64,000 nt of DNA from Ascidiella aspersa (taxonomy: Eukaryota): contig OZ004612.1 of NCBI GenBank assembly GCA_963924565.1, forward strand, positions 29,698,001 through 29,762,000, read 5' to 3'. Position 1 is the stretch's first letter. Every line of letters starts with the position of its first letter. Below, one piece after another: positions 14,439-28,600 of this stretch. A model generated the notes under the pieces. It was not told the origin of the DNA, ran no database searches, and saw only the letters and a program-made list of their open reading frames with translations. The translations under genes were made by a program, and so were the position numbers.

Positions 14439-17400
14439 TTTAAAAACAACGTATGCATTTTAATTCGTTTATTGAAAAAAATTGGAATAAATTTCCTTTA
14501 CTGAGCATTTGTTGTTTTTAAGGCCGGTCCGCGAAAAAAATGTAGTTTTAAACCGGTCCGCAGTGCAAAAAAGGTTGCCGACCCCTGACCTAAACCACCT
14601 AATTTTTGCGCAATTGATTTCCTTGATTCCCAGCAGGCGATGTGCGCAGTTACTCGCGCCACATTGTATTCTCATCATCGCCAGTATTTCAACATAGTTG
14701 GGGTCCCTCGCGTTTGCACAATCCCTGACATCAATTATTAAACATTTTTCTTGTGCAAATTGATTTTAAACGCTGCTTGGCGGCTGCTTATGCTCCTGTT
14801 TAAGTGACGTCACTAAAGTAGAAATCTATGTGGAAAGGTGGCGAAGATATTAGGTTTTGATATGCGAAAAATTAAAGACCCTTATTTTGCTTGTTGATTT
14901 CGGATCAAATTGCCTGTTGATTTTGATCGTAAGTTGTTTCGCTGTCTAATGAACTATGTTACATTTGTTTGTTGTTTATTTTTTATTAGAAAGTTGCTTT
15001 GATTTTTACATGTCAGGTTATCCATTTTCCATACTTTGACATTGCTAAAATTTACTAAATTTTTAGACAATGTATAATTTTTTCTTATCTAAATTTATAT
15101 GATAATATATTGGCGCCATTATTAGGTTTTGATATGCCAAAAATGAAAGACCTCCTGATCAACTGTTGTTGATTTCTCGTCTAATCAAGATATTAAAATA
15201 GCGTGTTAGTATTTCAGTTGGAAGTATGCTTACTTTGTTACGTCTAACCTAGACTGTTTTCCATAAAGAAATGTGAAAAATATCTGTATATATGCTATAT
15301 ATTTTGTCCTATTGTAAATATATGTTCATGCTGCTGAAAATACTACTTTAAATAGTTGTACGATACGTTTTCCATATGTCATAATTTAGAACCGCCTTTA
15401 TTAATATCGTAAATATACTTTTCTTGGTGATATACACTTTTACAGTTATAAATGTTGCCGAAATGCCCATAGTACATTGCAGCGCGATCTTGTATTATTG
15501 CGGCAATTTAAGCGCAAGGATCGCGCGATTTTCAATCAAATATCACAATCCCAAACTTTTCTCTGTCAATTAGGCGAAACCTCTTCGACAATTGGACGCC
15601 GAAGTGCATTGATTAGCTGTCATTGGGCAAAAATGTCGCTCGGCGTCGGCAGAGAAGCATCTTACCCGAGTTGGACACGGAAAAGGCAAAAACCACGAGA
15701 CCAGAGGGAGGAAAAGCGCCGTGCAAGCTGTACGTACACTTACTTTCTGTTTGAGTGTTGGTAACTTGTGCCATAGCGAGCAAAATCACGGCGATCCAGA
15801 GTCTGGTACATCTGCCTTGTCGGAGTTTCTGCATTTTTACATTTTATTCCGATCGCAAGACCGGCGCGTTTATTGATTTTGCGAAGATCTTAGCGTTTGA
15901 CGTTGAATCCATATCTTCTCATACCCAAAACCTAATTATTCAGCATTTTACTTCGTTTTAGTTCAGCATATACCCTTCAGATATAAATACAGCGATTTCT
16001 GATTTAGATTTCTGATTATGTTATCTAGTTGATATAGGGAATAACATAATGTTACATTACAATATATGCTGAACCCTTGTGAACTGCGACCAGGGTCTGT
16101 TTATACAGTGGTGTTGACTTAACTGTTATTATTTGGATTTCCCAACACGACTAAACATTTTAACCTAGGAGGTTAATACGAATCCAAACAAATAGGTTTT
16201 TCTCATACTCGTAAGTTTATACAGGTTCTAAAGTTTTCTTAGTCTTAGGTACTAAACTTATAATATATATTTGAATGACTGCCATACACTATATATGACA
16301 CAACGTAATGTTCCCTTTCTCATTTTTATAGCGATCTTGACTTAACTGTCGTAACATCAACTTTTAACATAAGAACCATTTACCATTTAATCTTCTTGAA
16401 AGGTTAAATTAATCAAAGTTAACACGGCACTCATTTTAAACCACAATTTACTTAAAATTCATACAAAGGCTACATAAACCTCCAAAAGTACAACTTAACT
16501 TGTAGTTTTGCTTAAATGCGTAAAAGTTTACTTTCACTGCCTGTATATTCACTCTCTCCAAGCACTATTCCACCTCCCAACACACTGTACAAAAATGCAA
16601 CGGTTTGCAGATGTTTCAAATAGCAACGCACTCATAAATTAAACGATGGCAGCTTAAGCTGTTATAAGCACATGGGATGAACCCCAATACCCCTCTCTTT
16701 ATCCCAGGGCCTGGAATAATCCCCACTGACACTGCTAATTTAATCCAGCTTTGTAAAACATGGCGTTGGACATCGGATTTGGGCGCTGCGTTTAAACCAA
16801 ACATTGGAAGCCTGGTGTAATGCGATTGTGTTAACCAAGCTAGCACATGTTGAAAGACAACTTGTTTAAAACCAGCTGGTGAACAACTCCTCTATGTGCT
16901 TCGTGTCGATTATAGAGAACTAAATAGATCGAGCTTCTAATCGGATATTTATCCCAAATTTAGGGGTTTTGGCATCCATAATGGATCCTTCAGTTAAGTC
17001 AAAAAGATAAACTTAGAAAATCTCGTTTGAGTTTTATGGTATTAATTTTTTGTACTGTTTTCGTAGGACATATGTTCTAAGCGCTTCAGTACTATTAAGC
17101 CCATGAAGTCACTGTGAAAAACACTAAATCCTGTTCCACTATTTGTTTAGCGATAAGCAATGCCTGAACCTGTAAAATAAACTGCAGCCTCGACATGTTA
17201 CATGAAGTCAACTGGCATCAAAGCGTTTACTGCTCTGACTTATGACCCAATCAGCAACGCTACCGTAGTAGCTGGTCTACAAAAACGTATCCCTATAGTA
17301 TACACGTTTCTTAGTAATAAGAAAAATCAGGCGTCCGAGTAGAAATAAAAAGTGCTTAAACAGTTCGGTTAAACAGCAGTGTTAGGACTATAGGTCTGGA

Positions 17401-20400
17401 AAACAATAAGACTGCTTTAATTTTTGTATGATGTCTGTTACAACGTAGGCCAACTTTGACAACCTGAAAATCTAGCATGATCTAAGTTCTATTTTACTTA
17501 GCAACGTACAGTGCTGACATCTTTGTACTACTAGTACATCCTAGGCGTATGATATATATGACATTTACAGCTTTTGTGGCTTACTAGAATATTATACACA
17601 CATCTCATGTTAGGTGATTTGCACACCTATTAAAGCTATCTGTTTTATTCAATATACAAGTCCTTTGTAATTTTCTCTGCGTTAACATTGTACGAAACAA
17701 CGTGTTTATCACGCTAATTGAGATGGTCATCCGAAGCGCTGTTTCACAAAAGTGTTAAGTCGTAAACCAGTCAACTCCCATTGATTGTTATTCTCACTGC
17801 GGAAGTTGTACAAATTGTAAACGCTGTGTAAAGTGTTAACCTTATAAACAATATTGCCTCAAGACAACAAGTCGCGCTCTTAACGGATGTTTGGTTAAAG
17901 TAGACGAATCCAACCTAAATTTTGCACAACTGTGTATTTAACAGTGCATACTATAAAACTTCAGTAAAACCTGAAACCTTCCAAAGATGGCTACGTACAG
18001 CATATACTTCTTGTTGTCCTACATTTGGGCAACTTTGTTGTTGTCCTACACTTTTGCAATTTTATGGATCGCTCTGTACGTTCAATTATCACTTGCTTAG
18101 CTCATTAATAGTTCCATTGTCCGCCTAAATTTAAGCTAAAAGGCGCAATCAAGCTCATATTTCCCTGTGGTAAACCCTACAAGGCTAGATTCTAGATACA
18201 AAGCACATCAAGTAATTCACTTGGAGTCAATTTGGGCGAGTAAGCAGTCGCCTATAGTGCGCCATATCGACCGGACATAACACTAAACGCCTTTTATTTC
18301 CACCCGCGCATTTAGAGACTGGAAAAGCGCGAGAGCCGGTCAAAATTGAGAAGTAGCGAAAGAAACACTCGCCTCCCTTTTTTGAATTGCAAGTCGCTCG
18401 CAAAACCGAATGTGCTTTAGACTAGGAAACTCAATTTTCTCTGCGGTTTACCACGGACGTCAAAATGGAATGGTATCTTCATACAGCAACCTTTTTCTAC
18501 ATCTGCCACCTTTGCAATGGTATTTTGTGACGGACTGATATGAACACGTAAATACTTGAAAGTTAGTTTCATGAAAACAAACACCCTTATTGCTATTGCT
18601 GAATTACTTTGCTAATGTAAAAATAGTTGATATCTTAAATGCACATGGTATTTCGTATTTACGGCTAGGGTCATTTTTCTGAGCAGAACTGTTAGTTTTC
18701 AATTACTAAAATCACTTGACAAAACAATTTTAGCTTTAAATCGAATCATTCAGTCAAACTACTAAAAATTGATTTTCATAAAGTTATTTTCGCTTGCTCA
18801 ACGTAAAGTCATTTTTGAATTGACAAATGAGCTCCTTAACATTTACCTACATGTGAAGCACGTTGTTATTTGTTTTTATAGCGCCTTAAAGACCTGCGCA
18901 TTTTGACCACATCCTGATGTTATGTTGACTTTCATAACAACGGGTTGCATATTGGTTATTACAGCGTTGAAACTACGTATAGATAGATATGACGAAACCT
19001 AAACACAAAATTGTCGTCGACCCAAAATTTTAAACGGATTTACAAAAAAATTGTCGATATCCGATGTACCTCATTTACCAGAAGTAAAAACGTATTTATT
19101 TCTCATTAATAAACCTATTTAGAAGAAAGGGCTGTTTAAATTAATAGTATCAGTAAATTTTGGTTGTTTTTTTTACGTTCCTTTTGAGGCTTCGAATAAA
19201 AATCTTGTTTGGGACGAAATTAGTTAGGTGACACTGTTTAGACGCTCGAGATAAAACCTCATACATTATTAACATTGCTATATACACGCATTTTCTGCTT
19301 TTGATTTAAAGTTTACTTCGTAACAGTAAAGAGAGGTTTTCCTATTATAGAAGCTTGATGCTTTCGGCCGGCGAACAATATTTAATGCTATACAAAATGT
19401 AATGTTGAAAGTTAAACTTTCTATTTTGGACGTTCAAAATGATACTTCTGTTTTGGCTTGGGTGTTCTTTCTGAGATTTCTACCAGGCGTATACGACAAT
19501 CTTTCTGCAGATTTTGTATTCTCGTATACGTCCAAGTTCTATTTGAATAGATTTTATCTTGAAAGTCTAGTTGGTTTATGCTCTTGAGGTATTCTCTATT
19601 CACAATTCTCGCTATGGGTGTTGGATTATGGTTCTTATTGTGTTGAAGACCATTAGGCCTTTCCTTCACAGCTTGTGTTTTGGACGAGACAATGGAATTG
19701 GACAGGCTTTGAAATACGTGTTAAACGCACGAAGTACCTTTTGTAAAATTTTGTTAAACACTCATTATTTTCGATTTTCGATTTTGTCGTGTTTTCGACA
19801 TCAATAGTTTTATTTTGTCCAATACTACAGGATTTTGATTACCAAATACAATATATACATTTGTATGCTAAACCGATTTTGCGCAACTCAGGGTTAATCT
19901 GATAAAACCATACCAAGCGTGTTTTTTAAAAAAAAATTATTTTCCCACAATTCTCCTTAAGTACTTTATTCACGTTAACTTTTGTCTAACCAAACTTTAT
20001 ATGATATCTGAAACCTTTTCCTCGGCAAAACCTCTTCGGTTCCCAAATATAACAAAACCATTTCTACATTAGCTTAGTATGTGTTTCCACAATACAATCT
20101 TTCTCTCCAACGGACCACATTATGCCGACGATAAAATGCATATACTAAATGCATGCTTATGGTAAAAAATTTCGACCTTGCTGACTGATTGTTGTTCGAA
20201 GCGTTGCACTTCTCAACACATTTCTATGTTTTTTACCGTCACTTTTAAACTTTGCGTGAGCAAGATCTATATACCGTGTGTAAATTTATCTGGCATTCTA
20301 TCTAAATACTTAATCTAGTCTACGTTTCTGCAGAAAGCGTATTCACTTTTATATTTGGATGTTACCCTTCGAGCAAATACCTTGTTCTCTTTAACCGTGA

Positions 20401-20688
20401 GTTTATTTAGCGTTTGCGCTGCGGGCCTAATCCCTTTTTCCCCGCTAGAAAGCCCAACCCAATGCCAATCACTTCTCGAAACTGCAAAGCACTCATCACA
20501 TCGCGTGTAATCGAACCAGTGACCCTCTGATCGATTACAAGCACTCTCAAATCGACAAGATCCTGGCTTCTTTGATTTTCTCGGCCGGATTTAATTACGT
20601 TTCGTGTCGCAAAAACGCAACGAGGCGATACAAATAAGCACACACACACAAGAGCTCGCACCAATGAGCATCCAAAAATCCGAAAGCT

Positions 20689-21375
20689 CATACACAAATA
20701 AGTAGCATTCTGTAAACCATGCAAACAAGTTAGCATATTGGCTGGAGGTTGTAGTTAAACGTTTAATGAATATCAAAGCTCATACTGGAGTAGGTAGAAT
20801 TCATCGAACATTTCAAACAAAGATTAGTATATTGACTGGTGGTGGAGGTAAACGTACAATAAATATCAAATCCAATACAGAAGTACAGTAATAGCATGCT
20901 GTGGACGTTTCGAATAAATCTTAAAATAATGTCTGGAGGTTGAAATTAAACGTACAATTAATGTTAAAGCCCATACATAAATAAGTAGCATTCTGTAAAC
21001 CATGCAAACAAGTTAGCATATTGGCTGGAGGTTGTAGTTAAACGTTTAATGAATATCAAAGCTCATACTGGAGTAGGTAGAATTCATCGAACATTTCAAA
21101 CAAAGATTAGTATATTGACTGGTGGTGGAGGTAAACGTACAATAAATATCAAATCCAATACAGAAGTACAGTAATAGCATGCTGTGAACGTTTCGAATAA
21201 ATCTTAGCACATTGGCTGGAGGTTGTAATTAAACGTTTAATGAATTTTTCAGAAGTAGGAAGTATTTTGTAAACGTTTCGAATATAAAATTATTCATTTT
21301 CAACACGAAAATTCTGCCTTATTTTGTATAGGCTTTGATATGCTTTCCACGTCTAACTAAAACTCCAGCCATTAT
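20689..21375. repeat. Tandem array (285-bp direct duplication of ~90-100-bp subunits) derived from a dispersed foldback MITE family
   Basis: GCTGGAGGTTGTAGTTAAACGT..AATATCAAAGCCCATACAGAAGTAGGTAG units; other family copies at ~6410-6560, 22965-23085, 31640-31860, 34110-34230, 41445-41545, 41990-42085, 44875-45120. Confidence 0.88.
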
Positions 21376-22564
21376 GCTCCACAAATCCAAAATGTTGGTT
21401 GAGAAAGGTACGGATTGTAGCACAAGTATTACATAGTTTACGGATTTAAACTTCACAATTCTACAACTCTGATGATGGTTTCACTAATTAAACGTTTGAG
21501 TTGTTATTTAATATCGCAAGGAGGTAGCCTGGTAATTTATTACAAGAAAAATATGGCATCTCAAACGACAAATAGTTTGCATTAATTCAATTACCGTCGC
21601 TGGTAATACTTAAAAAGTTGTTTAGAGGCTTTAAAGGTTAAAACTAATACATGTACGGAATTTGACATAGGAGCGAAAGTAGACTTTTTTGGAATATTGG
21701 CAAACTCTTGACAATATTACGGTTTGTTATTTGCGTTATAAATATCATAGCTTATAATTTGTAGCAACAAAATCGACCGCGAGTTATTTGAGGTACTCAT
21801 AATGTAAATAAGAATTATGAAATATGGTTCAGAATAACGTGAAGGTTTTCGTTGCATACTAATTACATCGGATATAATCATTGCGTGAAGTATAAAAAAA
21901 ACTTCAAAGCAATCACATAGTGAAATATGTAGCATGATGTAAAAAGCCATGCAGTAATTGGAAAGCCATATAATGGATTAAGCAAGTAGAGCTGTGTTGA
22001 AAATGAGCAAAAGCCATACATTGTATGCGCATCATCATTTTGATCGTAGCACGTAAAAATAAATTAGGAGCAAATTTAATGAAACTCAGTAGAAAATATT
22101 TCGCTGCTCGCACTGCAAGATAAAAAACGCGGTGTTTCTAGCTCAGTTATTCTCAAACTGTCTTGATTTGCTTTACAAAGGTGTGTTTAAAAGTTAAAGA
22201 TCAGTAATTTTGTAGTAACTGTTTAAGATATTGATTGTCTGTTGTGAATTATAACCATATGTTTCAGATTTTTATTTTGTTGTATTTAACTGATTGAGCT
22301 AAGTTTATTTTTTAGAAATCAGTTGAAGTTAATAGACGCCTTAAGCAGTATATATTAACTCTTATGCGTGTTCAGTTTGTGTTAAAAACAAACCAAATAG
22401 TCTCAAGATGTTCCGTTTCACTTTCAAAATTTGGCTTTGTTTGAACACTTTGCAAATTACTGAGTAAGTCATCGTTTTCAACCTAGAACGGTTGCACTAA
22501 AAGCTTCATCAAATAAAGTGTTTATGTAGCGAAAAAATGCGAAATGAGTCCTCAAGTTTTGAAG

Positions 22565-22639
22565 TTAGATCATCGGTTTAAGCATCTCTCCTTCTTCTGG
22601 TTCTGGCTTGACGTCGACATTAAACGGTCGCCGACATAA
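22565..22639 (-). CDS. SLC6 terminal coding exon ([24 protein letters not shown])
   Basis: ttttttcag| acceptor, phase 0, TAA at 22565-22567; AATAAA on the minus strand near 22271-22310. Confidence 0.82.
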   Translation of the reverse strand, partial: LCRRPFNVDVKPEPEEGEMLKPMI

Positions 22640-25600
22640 CTGAAAAAATCACAAAAACATGTTGTTAATATCAAAAAATTATTATTGCTCAAAAGTAAAT
22701 GCTACATTCACCTTGCAAAACAACAAATCTTGAAAAAACGAATTTTTTTTCGTTATTAGGTATTATTATAAATAAAATTCAATTGAAATGAAAAACAAAA
22801 CAATAAAAACGAAAATAGATTTTTAAAAGTAATTTTGTAATCATTTTTGTTTTTGAATATGCCTAAATAGTTTATGGTGGTTCTTACAAGTTCCAAAAAG
22901 AAAGTCCTAATGGAATTAGAAAAAACAATTTTAAAATTAGAAAGAAGGAAAGAATCCACAATTTTATTCGACGTAGTAAGAATATCAAAGTCCATACACA
23001 AGTAGGTAGCATTTTAAAAACGTTCAAAATGCTACCTACTTTTGTATGGAGTGTGGTGTTGTTACTACAACCCCAAACCATTATGTTCCAAAAGTTTATT
23101 CGCCATTCTTGCTTTTAAAAAAAGCACATTCTTTAAACTAAGCATAAAAGGTTTTCCTTGGTTATTTCTTTAAAAATAGAGACCAGCAGATTAGGAATCA
23201 ATATTGAAAAACTCTTCGACCTTTTAGCTTTGACGGCAATCCAATAGCGTGGATTAAGATGTCATAAACTGTCTTAAAGGACATGCGGAAATAAATGGGC
23301 GTTTCGCTTTAAAAAAATCTCCCGTTAAAATTTGTTAAAAATCATCAGAACCTTGACTTATAGTGATTGTAGTAAGCTGAAAACACATCGGTTGTACAAA
23401 TGCTTATAATTCACATATTTCTAAAACTAAACATAGCTAAAAACCAGGAAAAAAGTTTAATTGGATTTTTTCCTCAATGATGTTTGCCTATAAATATTAT
23501 GTCCTAAACCTTTGATATTATTGAATACCCTCTGTTTTCATAAACCTATTAATAGTGTTGTAAAAGACATGAAACAGAAGGATATATCGATTTTTCCATT
23601 CTTCTCGCATTTGTATTATGTAACTTTTATTTATTTTACCTCTTTTATGCTTCCACCATTCCTCAGTGTTGTAATCACTTTGTAGATTGCATAGGCAGGG
23701 ATCATTCCAACAGAGCTAAGGCTCATCATATGCGCTATAACTTGGGCCCAGGGTGGGTAGGTTTTGCCGTCGTACTTTAGTGGGGAAACTCCGGCGAGAC
23801 TGTAGATTATAACCAGCTGAAAAACAATAGATTCTGTATGAGTGAAAAACAAATGCATTAATTTCTCATTTATTTTCATCAGTTTTACCATCGATGATAT
23901 TATTGTTGAAATCGTATACGTAATTGCGTTTAGTCAAGCTATTTCAATACGATTTTCAACAGGCCAGATTGTACACTATGACCAGCTGGAATACATTAGA
24001 TTCTCTTGTATGAGTGATACGAAAAGACATAATTCTCATTTATTTTTATATTTAGAATCGCTTCTCTAATTTTGTAATCGTATACGCGATGAACTTAAGT
24101 CGTTTAGTTGAACTGTTTTTGTAACACAGCGGTAATAAAAACCAACACGGATTGTCATGTAGTTTTAATTTATTTTACAATCCCTTTTTTCTTGTCCTTG
24201 GTACTTTTAGCTGCTTTAATCATTTATTCAGTAAAAGTTGCACAATTTTCAGTGAACATTTCACTTTTCGACTTTAACACTATAATAAGCTGATATTCAA
24301 CATATTTTTTTGTATAAAAATTAACCAAAAGTCGCCTATAGGCCCTCTAGTAATCTAGTGTGACTATATTTGTTGTTGTTTTTTTACTTCTTTACAACTT
24401 CCTATATATTCAACGTTGTCCAGCTTAAAAGATGTACAGCCAAACTATTTTAGATAACTCCGTCAATAGCGATTTTGACAAGATTTCTATTTCCCTGACC
24501 GGGAACCGAACCCCGTTCTGAGGTTTCATAGAGATTCTTGATTAATCACGACTTGCCCTCTGTAAATTTAAGCGTTACCTTGAACAGGTTACGTAAATGT
24601 GTATGATAGAAACTACTTCCAAGAATTTAAAAAATGTTAATTGTCAGTCTTACTTTTTGCATTTTATGAGCACTTCCTCTTTAAACTTGAGTATGCTAAC
24701 AGAAATCTTTATCATAATGTAACAAATTTTTATTGGGTATTTTCGTTTTGTATGCTGTGCCTGATTAACTGCACCTAAAACATGACTCGTAACCAAGCGC
24801 TTAGTTTTATACACTGTACTTTTGCGTTTAATGTTTATGCACAGTACGAAGTTAAATGCGATATATTTTCTGCCAACAAAATACTACTCTCCAACATAAC
24901 TTCTCATCCTAACAACCAAATTTTAAATTTAGTTTCTTCCTAACTAAATCAAAGGTGGCGTTTTTCATTTGCTTTTAAAGGATCGATTTGAATTGAACAC
25001 CCAAGGTGCGGTTAAGTGCAGCGAAATATATTTCTTTTTTAAGAACTTAATTAGATTGACGAACTTTAGATTTAAACCTTTTTTGTTCCGAGCACCTGAC
25101 TAGACTAATACAGCGACGGGCACAAGATAAAACTAAGTTCAAAGTGGACTTTTGATGTTGCACTGAATATGTGAATAATAGAAATCACCTTGACCCTTGC
25201 AAGAAAATGTCGACCTTAAATTCCTAGCTTTGCTAGAGTACTTTGCTGTGGACTTTAAATATTTAGGTTTAACAACACATTTATACTTACCACACAAATG
25301 GTCGGCGCAATAAACATCCACGAGAGCTTAATCCACAGTTTTCCTCGAATATCACCGATAGCGCTGGTCATGGCTTCCCAGTAACGATCAGCCCCGTAAA
25401 ACCAACCTATGGCCACAAACTCACAACACCCGATAAAGAACATGCACCAGCCAGCCACTGCGTAGTTGTTGAACATCTCGAAAACGTAAACACCGCCCTG
25501 CGTGAAGTAAAAATGTTATGCTGTCGTTTGCTGTATTTCTGTAGAAATCATATTGTAATTAAGGTTGGTTTTTGTTGCTGTATTTATGTGCCAATAGAAA

Positions 25601-28600
25601 CAAGGGTTTATTTGTAGATTGCTGTGTTTCTATACTAATCCTATTTAAATGTGGGTTGTTGTAGTTTCCTGTATTTTGATACAAATCGTATTTTGAGTGT
25701 CAGTTAAAGTAGGTTGCTGTACTTCTATACAAATCGTATTTTTAGTGTGGTTTGTTGTAGGTTACTGTATTTCTATGCAATTTATATTTGAGTGTGGGTT
25801 GTTGTATGTTGCTGTATTTCTATACAAATGTTATTTAAATTTGGGTTGTTGTAGGTTGCTGTATTTCCATACAAATCTTATTTTGGGTGTGGTTTGCTGT
25901 AATTGCTGAATTTCTATACAAATCATATTTTTAGTGTTGGTTGTTGTAAGTTGCTGTAGTTTTATACAAATCGTTTTAGAGTTAAGATTGAAGTAGGTTG
26001 CTGAATTTCTATGCTAATGGCAATTAGAGTTAAGAATAAACTTGGGTTGGCGTAGTTTTATGGATGTCAGGACTAGGGTTGTTTGTTTGTTTGCTGTATT
26101 TTTATTTTGGTACCTCTGTTAGCATTGGAAGACCCAGAATAAACATGAACACAGCGAAGATGGCTTGAAGCACTTCCCTGCAGTATTTGTGCTTGCGAAG
26201 GTTGGGGAAGTTGTCCAACATTGTTCCCACGAAACACTCTTGGTAGACGAACTAGAAAATACAATCGTTAGTAGGAAAAATGTCAAAATATCACCGATGA
26301 CTTTGTTTTTTAAATTCGACTTAAACTAGAGTCTAGGACTGCTTAATGTGTGTAAGTAAGTTTTTAAGTTGTCTGCGTATCTATAAAAGTCATTGATTAA
26401 TATAATAGGTAAGCTACAGAACAGGCTTTTATTTGAGATATTCAATAATTTCGCAACTTTGGCGCAGTAAGTTTTTGTAATGGTCCTGATTGGCATATTG
26501 GGGTGAATATTCTGTATTTTATTCACCATTTTAACAAATGAGGTCCTCTAAATATTATTTGAAAAAAAAAATGGTTCGTCAAGTTAAAAGTTTGATACCA
26601 ACTGTATTTGTGGTAGCTTTCTAATGTTACCTAAAAACGCATTTTAGTAGAAGTACAAAATACAAACCTGTGAATCAAAGCCGAGTGACATCAGGGTGAG
26701 GAAGAATATAACGCACCAGAACTGCGGCAGTGGAAGTAATGAGAGAGTTTCAGGGTAAACTATGAAGGCCAAACCGGGACCAGATTGCGCCACCTTATCC
26801 ACAGTTGTGTTCTACAATAAAAATATGTTCTAATAATAAACGTCAAAGCGAATAGGTTAAGTTAATCGAAACCCTCTTGTTAAAAGCGTTTCGATACGCA
26901 CTTGTATCATCTTTAGTTCATGTAACTGAAAACGCTTATAAAAGGTGGGACGCAATTCTAATCATGCTGCGTTTGTAATCAAGCATTAATTAGCACTTCC
27001 ATGTGTTGAACAGGTACAACGTTGTTGACACATCAACGTTGACTTAAGATATGAATTATTTTTCATGCTGTCCTTAGATACATATAAACGCAGTCTTCAC
27101 TTTGTAATCCCTATGAATTAACAGCAAGTTGTAATTAAAAACCTGACTGTTTTAATCAAAAGTGTGTAGATTTTTACTAATAACAGCAGTTACCTGATAC
27201 TTGGCCATAAAGCCCAGGGTTGAAAACACCGCAAATCCGCTTGTGAAGCTCGTTATTGAGTTTAAGGCGCCGATGAATATTGAATTCCTGTTGGGAAAGT
27301 GAACATGTCATTTTCTTACATTTCAACACAAAACTTCGGTACACTATGCACGGATCTGTAATGTAGCTTTGAAATGAATGTCAAAGTCAAATAAGTCTAC
27401 TAAATCAGCATGATATTAATAAAGCCGCCTTGTATCATCATAAATGTTCTACTCGACCTATTTTTCTGTTGGTAAAAAACATGTATTGCGAAATTACACG
27501 ATAAAATATTGTTTAATGCTTCTGAAGCATCAGTGGGAAGCGCAAGATCGTTTTGAATTTTAACCAGATTTATTGTGTTTCACGATACAACGTCGTATAT
27601 ATCTTGCAAATTGCGCCAATTGTTTGTTAAGTGATGCTTTTGATTCCAGCCCAGTACACATCTATGCGCCGAAATACCGTTTTTGTCTTTAACTTCTAAA
27701 CACCAACCTCCAAAAGTTGTGCTTGATGTCGTTGTAGCTTCCCAGCACGACCAAAATACCGAAGCTCACAGCATAAGAGAAGAACACTTGAGAACCGGCG
27801 CTGACCCAAACCTAAAAAGCGCCATATTACTTTTAATAGTTGGTCAAATGAAGTATACCCATTTTTTTTTGTCCTTTGATAAGCAGTCGGCTTCCCTTTT
27901 TTCCAACTTTATAATTTAAATAGGATGTAATTACATAGTATATAAACTTAAACCCTTAAATTACAAATTGGTCGATATACATTTATTTACAATTGAGGGT
28001 ATTTTGGGGGCGCTCTTTTAAAGGCGTTTCAAAATAAATAGTGTTAAATTAATCACCAATATACTGTCGAACAACCCTAGCCGTATAATGGTTATAGATT
28101 ATAGTATACACATTCAAAAAACGCAATTCATTAAATTACTACCAATACATGAAAATCTCATAGCTTTTATATATCTCGTCGAATAGTACTCGAAATAGTA
28201 CTGTTAAAGACAAACGCATTGTTAGATACGCGCCGCACAACCTCGCCTATTTAAAGAACTTGATTTGTCTTTTAACGATGCCTTTTATTTGGAATAGAGC
28301 ATATTAAGCATAAAACAACGAAAACGAGTGTTACGATATTGTTAATTAAATAGGCGATATTAAGCTCCTAAACTTCTGGGTTACTGAGCTCTATAGTGTT
28401 GTAAGATACGCTACGGCTATGCACAACCTTGCCTATTGCAAGAATTTAATTTTTCCTTTACCGATGTTTGACAGAGTAAATACTGTATTTTATGAAACTA
28501 AATTGGAGAGAGTAAAATAGCTATTTGAGAGAGTAAATACTAAGCTTTCAAACAACGTTTAACAACTCAGTAATGGTATTAGGCTAGTTGTTCTCCTTAC

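Larger units (their letters stand above)
13625..14587 (-). mobile_element. Non-autonomous hAT (Charlie-like) element with nested insertions; same family as 51963-52551
   Basis: CAGTGGTC...GACCCCTG termini; perfect 8-bp TSD ACCTAAAC; CCGGTCCG subterminal repeats. Confidence 0.9.

Noticed and set aside
474-22113. Numerous 60-110-aa ORFs in the first 22 kb
   Set aside because: No recognisable domains, no consistent splice-phase chains, and many overlap repeats; consistent with chance ORFs.
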